Below, one piece after another: positions 42,337 through 50,622 of a DNA stretch of 64,000 bases. The DNA lies in contig CAWEQH010000008.1 of NCBI GenBank assembly GCA_963811165.1, positions 288,001-352,000 on the forward strand. The letters are read 5' to 3'. The notes under the pieces are model-generated. The model saw only the letters and a list, made by a program, of their open reading frames with translations. It searched no databases and was not told the DNA's origin. The DNA is from an uncultured Nitrospiraceae bacterium. Its GTDB lineage: Bacteria > Nitrospirota > Thermodesulfovibrionia > Thermodesulfovibrionales > UBA6898. Positions within the stretch are counted from its first letter, which is position 1. Each line of letters begins with the position of its first letter. The translations under genes and the position numbers were made by a program.

Positions 42337-44142
42337 ATGGAACTGACCTACGCTGAACTTTCCTCACCCGGACCGGCCCGCGAGAACAATGAGGATTTCG
42401 TCGGCTTCTGGCAGCCGCAAACACTTGAGGAAAAGCGCAGCCTCGGGGCGGTAGCAGTACTGGCTGACGGTGTAGGAGGGATGAACTATGGCGAAGTTGC
42501 CAGCCGGCTGGCGGTAGAGACTGCCCTCAAGACTTTTCGCGAGACGCCAGGGGAGCAGACCCCGCAGCAGCTCATTACACAGATGTTCAATGCAGCCAAT
42601 CTCGCTGTCTACGACAAGGGGATGGAGGACCACGGCAAGTCCCGCATGGCAACGACCCTGGCAGTCGTGGTGCTGCGCAACAACGAAATCGTCGGTGGGC
42701 AATGTGGGAGATTCGCGCGTCTATCTGGTGCGCAAGGCCACGATCAAGCAGCTCTCCACGGACCATTCCTATATCGGCATGCAGCAGAAGTTCGGCCTGA
42801 TCTCCGAACAGGAGGCCAAGACCAGCGAGAACCGTTCCATCCTGACCCGAAGCGTGGGGCATGAGCCGGTGATCCGGGTGGACGTGGAGAGCGCCACGGT
42901 ATTTAAGGGCGACAAGGTCGTGCTCTGTTCGGACGGCCTGTATGCGCATGTGGCCGACAGCGAGATCGCCGACATCGTATCGCGTTTTTCTCCGGCCCAG
43001 GCCTGCCGTCAGCTCGTTGCCCTGGCAGAGCAGCGCGGCACCGACGATAATCTTTCCGTGCAGGTCATCCAGATCAACGAAGTCGAGAAAGTCGCGTTCT
43101 ATCGCGGCGTGGCGATGTATCAGGAGTCGGCAGACCCGACAACCAAATATGAACTCCGGCCCGGGCAGACCCTTGACAACCGTTTCCTCATCCTTGAGAC
43201 CATCAGCCGAAGCGGGATGGCGACCATATTTAAGGCGACCGACCTAAAGACCAAAGAGACCGTGGCGGTAAAGGTCCCGCTCATGCAGTTTGAGAGCGAT
43301 CCGGGCTTTTACTCCCGGTTCCAGCGCGAGGAGGAGATCGGGATCCGTCTGCACCATCCCTACATCCTGAAATTCATTCCTGTTGAGGAGGGACAGCGCA
43401 GCCGGCCGTACATCGTGACCGAGTATCTGCGGGGCTATACGCTTTCGCACCTGCTTAACAGCGTCCGGCCGATGCCGGAAAAGGACGCGATCGAGCTTGC
43501 CGGACGCATCTGCGGCGCACTTGTATATATGCATGAGCACGGCGTCGTGCATCGGGACCTCAAGCCGCAAAACATCATGCTCTGTAATGACGGCACGATC
43601 CGGATCATGGACTTCGGCATCGCCAAGGCCAAGGAAGGGAGGCGGACTTACGTTCACAGGCTTTACGCCGGCTGTCGGCACTCCGGATTATATGGCCCCC
43701 GAGCAGGTCAAGGGGAAGCGCGGGGACGAGCGGACCGACATCTACAGCCTCGGCGCCATGTTATATGAAATGGTAGTCGGCAGTACCGCCGTTTGAGTGC
43801 GAAAATGAAAATCCGTTCGTGATCATGAATGCCCGCGTCACCGGCGACCCGGTGGCCCCGCGAAAACGTAATCCGAACGTTTCGCCTCAGGTCGAGGAGA
43901 TCATGCTGCATGCCATGGAACGCGATCCGGGGAAACGCTATCAATCAGCCTCGGCAATGAAGGCAGAACTGGACAATCCGGCGGCCGTGCAATTGACCGG
44001 CCGATGCGACCGGCTTCAGACGCCGACCCCGTGGAAGCGCGGCTGGAAGAAATGGCTTCTGATCGCACTGGCCGTTACTGTCCCGGTCGTCATTTTCATC
44101 CTCTTGGTTTTGCTGATTATTCATCGCGGCCCTGCGCGCTAA
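42337..44142 (+). CDS. PP2C (PPM) phosphatase-Hanks-type Ser/Thr kinase fusion with a C-terminal TM helix, about three frameshifts
   Basis: RENNED, ADGVGG, CSDGL, GTDDN, then in the same [34 protein letters not shown] and the TM anchor are in following frames. Confidence 0.88.
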
Positions 44143-44186
44143 GCTTCAAGGATTCTTTACGCCCTCTCTTCCCCTTTGTCATTTGC

Positions 44187-44279
44187 CGACGTTATTGTCG
44201 TCCTATCACATTTTTGTCGCAGCTCAGCCCGGCCAAATCCTTTCAAAACCGCAGCATATTGTCTGGCATGCCGATTGCT
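44187..44279 (+). promoter_or_regulatory. sigma54 promoter with tandem upstream palindromes
   Basis: TGGCATG-CCGA-TTGCT at 44264-44279; cgacgttattgtcg (44187) and tcacatttttgtcg (44206). Confidence 0.75.
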
Positions 44280-44304
44280 GCTATCTTTTAAAAAGGAGGC
44301 TCCC

Positions 44305-44643
44305 ATGAAGAGAATAGAAGCCATTATACGTCCAACCAGAGTCGGGAAGGTCTGCGCCGCCCTTGAAAGTGTGGGCCACCCCGGCCCCAGGGTTTCCCAG
44401 ATTGAAGATAAAAGCCAAAAAGGCACGGGGTATCTGTTAAGGGGTGCGACATACAGGGTGGATCTTGTGACCAAGTCGAGGGTCGAGGTTATCGCAAAGG
44501 ATGCAGAAGCGGACAGGATCATAAAGGTCATCCGTGACGCGGCCTTCACCGGAGAAAACGGCGACGGCGAAATATTCGTCTATGCGATGGAAGATGCCAT
44601 ACGCATAAGGACCGGGGAAAGCGGAGAGGCGGCGATATACTGA
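44305..44643 (+). CDS. P-II family signal transduction protein (divergent)
   Basis: aaggagg RBS; MKRIEAIIRP, QKG, RGATY, TGENGDGEIFV, IRIRTGE. Confidence 0.9.
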   Translation: MKRIEAIIRPTRVGKVCAALESVGHPGPRVSQIEDKSQKGTGYLLRGATYRVDLVTKSRVEVIAKDAEADRIIKVIRDAAFTGENGDGEIFVYAMEDAIRIRTGESGEAAIY

Positions 44644-44975
44644 TGACGTATCTGGCCTGGTTGATTTTCATAGGCGCCGCAACTCTTGAGGTCGGAGGCG
44701 ATGCGGTCATCCGCAAGGGCCTTCGCGGAAGCGGTCTGATTATCATCATGGCGGGTTTTGTGATGCTCGGTTTTTACGGCGTCGTCGTAAACATGGTGAG
44801 ATGGGATTTTTCGAGATTGCTGGGAGTATATGTCGCAATCTTTGCGGTAATAAGCATATTGTTCGGGAGGTTCGTCTTCAAGGAAAATATACCTCTTTCG
44901 ACGTGGCTCGGATTGACAGTCATAATCGGCGGCGCGATGATAATACAGTTCGGCAACAGAATTGAGTTGCCCTGA
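44643..44975 (+). CDS. Small 4-TM membrane protein (SMR/YnfA-like, DMT superfamily)
   Basis: 110 aa, four TMs, TM1 Glu (ATLEVGGD); start overlaps the P-II stop (TGATG). Confidence 0.7.
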   Translation: MTYLAWLIFIGAATLEVGGDAVIRKGLRGSGLIIIMAGFVMLGFYGVVVNMVRWDFSRLLGVYVAIFAVISILFGRFVFKENIPLSTWLGLTVIIGGAMIIQFGNRIELP

Positions 44976-44987
44976 AGAACTTGAGCC

Positions 44988-45002
44988 TGGCATGACAGAT
45001 GC
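44988..45002 (+). promoter_or_regulatory. Possible sigma54 promoter for amt
   Basis: TGGCATG-ACAG-ATGC has correct -24/-12 spacing. Confidence 0.45.
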
Positions 45003-45047
45003 GCTGTGCGCGCGGCGAACGCGAGACGGTGATGAGGAGACGGCAAT

Positions 45048-46619
45048 ATGAAACGAGTCTTGAGAATAGGATTTTCTTTAACGGCTTTTTTGCTTTTGGC
45101 GGGCATCCTGTCTGCCGAAGACCAGGTGCGGAAGGCTAACCCTCCTTCTCAGGCTGGGCAAGTTGCGCCTGCTCAGCCTGCACCTGCTGTGCGCTCCTCT
45201 GCGGCTGGACCTGCGGGGCTGCCTAAGCCTGATCCGTCGGGGACGCATACCGGAGGAGCCGGCGATGTTATCGGCGCTTCACCCGGCGCTCCCACTGCTA
45301 ATGATCTGAAGAGACTGGCGACGAACGAGCCGCTTGCTCTAAAAGTGGCGGATGTAACAGGCCATAATAGGGTCGCCCTTCATTTTGTCTGGACGCTCCT
45401 CTGCGGCTTCCTTGTTTTTTTCATGCAGGCGGGCTTTGCCATGGTTGAGACCGGCTTTACGAGGGCGAAGAACGCGGGCCATACAATGGCGATGAACATG
45501 ATGGTGTTTGTCTTTGCGGTGCTCGGCTACTTTATTGTCGGCTACGCTTTCCAGACAGGCACCAAGGGGTTTTTCCTTTCCGGGGAGGCCTATGACGCAT
45601 CGATCATCACGCTCTTTCTGTCCCAGGTAGTTTACCTGAATATCGCGGCCACCATTCCGACAGGCGCAATGGCCGAGCGCTGGACATTCAAGTCATTCGT
45701 CGTCTCTGTTTTTTTTACCGCGATGATTACCTACCCGATTTATGCAAACTGGGTATGGGGCGGCGGATGGCTGTCGCGGCTAGGCAAGGACTTCGGTCTC
45801 GGGCATGGGGTCCTTGATTTCGCCGGATCGTCGGTGGTCCATATGGTCGGTGGGGTTACGGCCCTGGCCGGTGCGATGGTACTTGGTCCGAGAACGGGAA
45901 AATTTAAGGCAGACGGAACTCCTAATGCAATCCCCGGACACCATATACCCATGGCCATCATCGGGTGCCTGATACTTTTTTTTGGGTGGTTCGGGTTTAA
46001 TTCGGGGCCGGCCCTTGCGGGAGGCGATTTAAGAATCGGCGTCATAGCGGTCAACACCGTGCTTGCGGCAGCGGCGGCTTCTTTTTCGGCAATGTGCTAT
46101 ATGTGGCTCCTTTACGGCAAGCCTGACCTTTCCCTCTCTGCAAACGGGCTTTTGGGGGGACTGGTTGCCATCTCGGCGCCCTGTGCTTTCGTAAGTCCTT
46201 TCGGGGCGGTAATCATAGGGCTTGTCGCCGGCGTCCTTTGTTGTGCCAGCGTCTTTTTTGTAGAACGCAGACTGAAGGTGGACGACCCTGTCGGCGCCGT
46301 ATCGGTCCACGGCACATGCGGCGCATGGGGTCTTATCGGGCTCGGACTTTTCGCCGACGGCACCTATGGCGATGGCTTAAACAATGTCCCCGGCACGGTC
46401 AAGGGGCTGTTTTACGGCGGCGCATCGCAGTGTGCGGCCGAGGTCATCGGCGTCGCCGTAAACTTCGTTTTTGTATTTGCCGTGATGTACGCTTTTTTCA
46501 GGGTGCTGGACAAAATAATCCCTCTGCGCGTATCGGAGGAAGTCGAGTTTGAGGGCCTTGACCAAAACGAAGTGTCTGTTACGGCATACCCAGAATTCAG
46601 TATTAAGTCCCGCAGATAG
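45048..46619 (+). CDS. amt: Ammonium transporter (Amt family) with N-terminal extension
   Basis: FMQAGFAMVETG, GAMAER, DFAGSSVVHMVGG, GWFGFN, DDPVGAVSVHG. Confidence 0.93.
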   Translation: MKRVLRIGFSLTAFLLLAGILSAEDQVRKANPPSQAGQVAPAQPAPAVRSSAAGPAGLPKPDPSGTHTGGAGDVIGASPGAPTANDLKRLATNEPLALKVADVTGHNRVALHFVWTLLCGFLVFFMQAGFAMVETGFTRAKNAGHTMAMNMMVFVFAVLGYFIVGYAFQTGTKGFFLSGEAYDASIITLFLSQVVYLNIAATIPTGAMAERWTFKSFVVSVFFTAMITYPIYANWVWGGGWLSRLGKDFGLGHGVLDFAGSSVVHMVGGVTALAGAMVLGPRTGKFKADGTPNAIPGHHIPMAIIGCLILFFGWFGFNSGPALAGGDLRIGVIAVNTVLAAAAASFSAMCYMWLLYGKPDLSLSANGLLGGLVAISAPCAFVSPFGAVIIGLVAGVLCCASVFFVERRLKVDDPVGAVSVHGTCGAWGLIGLGLFADGTYGDGLNNVPGTVKGLFYGGASQCAAEVIGVAVNFVFVFAVMYAFFRVLDKIIPLRVSEEVEFEGLDQNEVSVTAYPEFSIKSRR

Positions 46620-46625
46620 AGGGGC

Positions 46626-46734
46626 ATGAAAAAGGTCGTAGTAATGATTAAACCTCTTAAGTTCGACGAGTAGGGGATGTGTTGGACGCCATCGGCGTCC
46701 ATGGTATCCACTCTAACGAGTTGGTTGTCAGCTG
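46626..46734 (+). pseudogene. Truncated P-II (glnK-like) remnant
   Basis: MKKVVVMIKPLKFDE* followed in a shifted frame by VGDVLDAIGVHGI, homologous to the P-II N-terminus. Confidence 0.65.
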
Positions 46735-46850
46735 ACCCGCCCGGCAATCCCGCTTCTTCATTTATTGGGAGGAAGCAATTTCCCGGTCTGATTCCTCTTG
46801 TGAACTCCCTTTTGTAAGTATAAAATAAGAGTTCTTATTAAGGGGCTCCC

Positions 46851-48665
46851 ATGGCGGACAAACAAAAATCGATAAAGGACATTACGAGGTCACTAGGCCT
46901 TGTCTTTGGGGACATCGGCACCAGCCCGATCTATACCCTGACCGTTGTCTTTCTCATACTCGCGCCGACGGCGGACAATGTCATCGGCGTTTTGTCGCTT
47001 ATAATCTGGACGCTCGTGGCCCTGGTGACGGTGCAGTATGCCTGGATCGCGATGGACCTCAGCCACAGGGGCGAGGGAGGGACAATAGTATTAAAGGAGA
47101 TACTGGTATCGAACCTGAAAACAAAAAGGGGCGTTGCCTTTGTGTCAATATTGTCCTTCGTAGGCATTTCGCTTCTCATGGGTGACGGCGTAATAACGCC
47201 TGCGATCAGTATCCTCAGTGCCGTGGAAGGCGCTGTGTTGATACCCGGACTTGAACACCTGCCCAGGGCGGCCATAGTACTTGCGGCGATGATTATCGCG
47301 ATTGCCCTTTTTGCCGTCCAGAGTAAAGGGACCGAAAAGGTGGCAGGGGCCTTCGGGCCGATCATGGTCTTCTGGTTCTTCTCTCTCACCCTCGTAGGGC
47401 TTGTCTCGATAGCCGATGCTCCGAGGGTTTTTCTGGCGCTCAACCCCTATTACGGGATAAAGTTTCTCCTGACGAACGGGTTTAAGGGCTTTATCGCCCT
47501 TGGCGAAATCATACTCTGCGCCACAGGAGGCGAGGCGCTCTACGCTGATATGGGACATCTCGGTGCCAGGCCGATACGCCAGGCGTGGGGAGGAGTGTTC
47601 GTGGCCTTGGTTGTCAATTATCTGGGGCAGGGCGCTTTTCTGCTTAGCCATCCCGGCGTCAGGAACATCCTTTTCGAGATGGTCTTCCATTTTGCAAAGC
47701 CCTTTTATATACCTTTCCTTTTAGTGAGCATCATCGCAACGGTCATCGCGTCGCAGGCGATGATAAGCGGAATGTTTTCGATAGTGTATCAGGGTATAAA
47801 CACGAGGGTCATGCCGATGTTCAAAGTGGACTATACCTCTCAAGAGAGGAGGTCTCAGATCTACATAGGCGCGGTCAACTGGTTCCTGCTTCTTGCCGTT
47901 TTGTTCATAATGGTCGAATTTAAGGAATCCAGCCGCCTCGCCGCCGCTTACGGACTTGCGGTCACCGGGACGATGACGCTTACGGGTATCATGATGATCT
48001 GGATATTTTCTCTTAAGAGGCAGCCGCTCTACGTAGCGATAGGTGTGGTCGTTACGGGTATAGACATGATGTATCTCGGCGCGAACTTCACGAAGATACC
48101 ACACGGCGGGTATTGGTCGCTTATCATCGCCGCGATACCTCTTGCGACGATTGTCCTTTTTACCCAGGGGCAGAAGAAATTGTACAGGATGATGGACTTC
48201 ATGCCCATCGATGAATTCCTCCGCAAATTCACGCGGGTCTATGCAACTACCGAAAGAATCAAGGGCACCGCGTTGTTCCTGCTAAAGGACGTAAAAGAGA
48301 TCCCGTTTTATATCACCCAGACGATGTTCTATCACGGCATTCTGTACGACGAAAACATCTTTGTGTCGCTCATCAAAAGGGACGACCCTTACGGCATCAC
48401 CGGCTTTTTCATGGAGGACCTTGCAACAGGACTGAGGGTCTTTCATGTGCAGATGGGTTATATGGAAGTCATGGAGGTCGAAGAGATACTGAGGGAAGCC
48501 GGGATAGAGGAGCGGGTGATCTTTTACGGACTTGAGGACATCGATACAAAAAATCTAATTTGGAAATTATTTTCCGTAATCAAAAGACTAACGCCTACAT
48601 TCATACAATTCTATAACTTCGCGCCGAAAAAACTCCACGGCATATTCACAAAGGTAGTCCTGTAG
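46851..48665 (+). CDS. kup: KUP/HAK/KT potassium transporter
   Basis: LGLVFGDIGTSPIY, GEGG, GDGVITPAISILSAVEG, TGGEALYADMGH, AAAYGLAVTGTM. Confidence 0.95.
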   Translation: MADKQKSIKDITRSLGLVFGDIGTSPIYTLTVVFLILAPTADNVIGVLSLIIWTLVALVTVQYAWIAMDLSHRGEGGTIVLKEILVSNLKTKRGVAFVSILSFVGISLLMGDGVITPAISILSAVEGAVLIPGLEHLPRAAIVLAAMIIAIALFAVQSKGTEKVAGAFGPIMVFWFFSLTLVGLVSIADAPRVFLALNPYYGIKFLLTNGFKGFIALGEIILCATGGEALYADMGHLGARPIRQAWGGVFVALVVNYLGQGAFLLSHPGVRNILFEMVFHFAKPFYIPFLLVSIIATVIASQAMISGMFSIVYQGINTRVMPMFKVDYTSQERRSQIYIGAVNWFLLLAVLFIMVEFKESSRLAAAYGLAVTGTMTLTGIMMIWIFSLKRQPLYVAIGVVVTGIDMMYLGANFTKIPHGGYWSLIIAAIPLATIVLFTQGQKKLYRMMDFMPIDEFLRKFTRVYATTERIKGTALFLLKDVKEIPFYITQTMFYHGILYDENIFVSLIKRDDPYGITGFFMEDLATGLRVFHVQMGYMEVMEVEEILREAGIEERVIFYGLEDIDTKNLIWKLFSVIKRLTPTFIQFYNFAPKKLHGIFTKVVL

Positions 48666-48752
48666 GGCCGGTGCCCCTGATTTTTTTTGTCCTCCCTTTT
48701 TGCCGTCGATAATGATAAAATAAGAATATTTTATAGTTTATGAGGAAAACGG

Positions 48753-49244
48753 ATGACTGACCCATTGCAACCCGATACCCCGGCAGTAAAGTTGCTGCGC
48801 GATGCAGGGGTTGCGTACACAGAACACTTATATGTGTACGAAGAAGGCGGCGGTACTGCGGCCTGCGCTCAGTCGCTTAAAGTAGACGAACACTCGGTGG
48901 TCAAGGCGATTGTCCTCGAGGCTGACGGGAAACCCCTGATCGTCCTCATGCACGGCGACATGAGGGCATCGGCGAAGGAGCTGGGAAAGATTGCAGGGGC
49001 CAAGGCGGTGTTACCCTGTCCCCCTCAGAAGGTGGAAGGGTATACCGGGTATGAGGTGGGGGGAGTTTCCCCCTTCGGTACTCGCGTCGAGATACCCGTC
49101 TATATGGAGGAGACGATCCTCAATCTCCGGAAGATCTACATCAATGGGGGAAAAAGAGGCTATTTAGTCGGTATCGATCCCTATGATGCAGTGAAAGTCC
49201 TTCATCCCACCCTCGTGAAAGTCGGCTCTTCCCGGGCCGCCTGA
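48753..49244 (+). CDS. YbaK/EbsC aminoacyl-tRNA deacylase
   Basis: TPAVKLL, VVKAIV, TGYEVGGVSPFG, INGGKRG. Confidence 0.9.
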   Translation: MTDPLQPDTPAVKLLRDAGVAYTEHLYVYEEGGGTAACAQSLKVDEHSVVKAIVLEADGKPLIVLMHGDMRASAKELGKIAGAKAVLPCPPQKVEGYTGYEVGGVSPFGTRVEIPVYMEETILNLRKIYINGGKRGYLVGIDPYDAVKVLHPTLVKVGSSRAA

Positions 49245-49473
49245 GTGGTCCACATTTCTGGGAGTTCCCAGAACCAGGGGGCGGACAAAGAGACCGCATA
49301 GAGTCGGGGTCCGGGGACGGTTCCTTCTTTTGCAGGTGAATGTTATTTCGGAGCCTGACCCAGTGGGCAATATCCTGATAAATAATATTAATAAACCTAT
49401 AGTTGCGTTGATAACGCCGGGTGACTGTGATAAACTCCTCCTGCTTGGAATAATGAAAGTCAGGGGGCCAATA

Positions 49474-49884
49474 ATGACATTAAAGGAAGTAGTAGAATCG
49501 AAACCCCTCAAGATGGTCACCTGCAGGACAACCTGTCTCGTCTCCGATGCGGTCACCGTTATGGACGGCCATAACGTGGGGTCCATTCTCATTCTTGATC
49601 ACCAAGACAAACTTGCCGGGATCTTCACCGAAAGAGATATTATGCATTGCTTTGCAAAAAATATTTCTCTCCGCGAAGAGGTGATTTCCAACATCATGAC
49701 GCCAAACCCGATAACGCTCAATTCCACCGAAGAAATCAGCGTTGCGGTCAAGGTCATGTCGGAAAATAAAATCAGGCATCTTCCGGTCATGGAAAACGGA
49801 CGGGTGATCGGAGTTGTCTCTTACCGGTACGTGGTTTCGTATCTGCTGCCCGAGGTCATCTACATGGCAGACGATATTAGCTAG
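49474..49884 (+). CDS. CBS-pair domain protein
   Basis: NVGSILI, GIFTERD, IMTPNP, IRHLPV. Confidence 0.88.
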   Translation: MTLKEVVESKPLKMVTCRTTCLVSDAVTVMDGHNVGSILILDHQDKLAGIFTERDIMHCFAKNISLREEVISNIMTPNPITLNSTEEISVAVKVMSENKIRHLPVMENGRVIGVVSYRYVVSYLLPEVIYMADDIS

Positions 49885-50093
49885 GGGATTCCCATACAGG
49901 CGTTTTCGGGACCCGGCAGGCGATTCCCCCTGTTTATTGATTGGAACAAATTCCGTGTGTTAAAGTAATAAGTGGCTGCGGGATATCCGCGGGTCTCAAG
50001 GAAAGGGACGAAAAGGCGAAAGACAATTTTTTTGGTTGGATCTGACTCCATATTTTCCCATCATGATTTCCTTTGTCTCAGGCTAAAAAGGTA

Positions 50094-50122
50094 TTGAAAA
50101 GAAGCGGATAATTTAATATAAT
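50094..50122 (+). promoter_or_regulatory. sigma70-type promoter of the FDH operon
   Basis: TTGAAA-17 bp-TATAAT. Confidence 0.6.
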
Positions 50123-50145
50123 TAATGAATCCATAGGGAAAACTT

Positions 50146-50622
50146 ATGAATGAGATATTCGACAATATCATCGCGAAGCACAGGGAGAAGGACGGAAACA
50201 TCATCTCTTTGATGCAGGATACGCAGGAAGAGTTAGGGTATATCCCCAGGGAAGCGGTTACGTACTTTTCGGAAGCGCTCGACCTCGCCCCAAGCCGTTT
50301 TTACGGGGTTCTCACCTTCTACTCCCAGTTCCATCTTAAACCGAGAGGGAAGAACATCGTTTCCGTCTGCTGCGGTACCGCTTGCCACGTCAAGGGAGGC
50401 AGCAAGATCGCAGAGAGGGTCCAGAGGGACCTCGGCGTTTCAGCCGACGGAGAGACGACGGAAGACAAAAAATTTACCTTTGAAGTGGTGCGGTGCGTCG
50501 GGGCCTGCAGTATCGCCCCGGTAGTATTGGTAAATAGCAGGGCCTATGCAGAGATGACGCCCGACGGTACATCGAAGCTCATTAAACAGCTCCAGAAAGA
50601 GGAATCCGGTGTCCGAAGCTGA
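50146..50622 (+). CDS. NuoE/HydC-like [2Fe-2S] subunit of formate dehydrogenase
   Basis: TFYSQF, CCGTACHVKG, CVGACSIAP. Confidence 0.92.
   Translation: MNEIFDNIIAKHREKDGNIISLMQDTQEELGYIPREAVTYFSEALDLAPSRFYGVLTFYSQFHLKPRGKNIVSVCCGTACHVKGGSKIAERVQRDLGVSADGETTEDKKFTFEVVRCVGACSIAPVVLVNSRAYAEMTPDGTSKLIKQLQKEESGVRS

Noticed and set aside
49885..50090. Possible Moco/Wco riboswitch upstream of the FDH operon
   Set aside because: I could not match the conserved motif, and the best promoter lies downstream of this stretch. An Infernal search would settle it.
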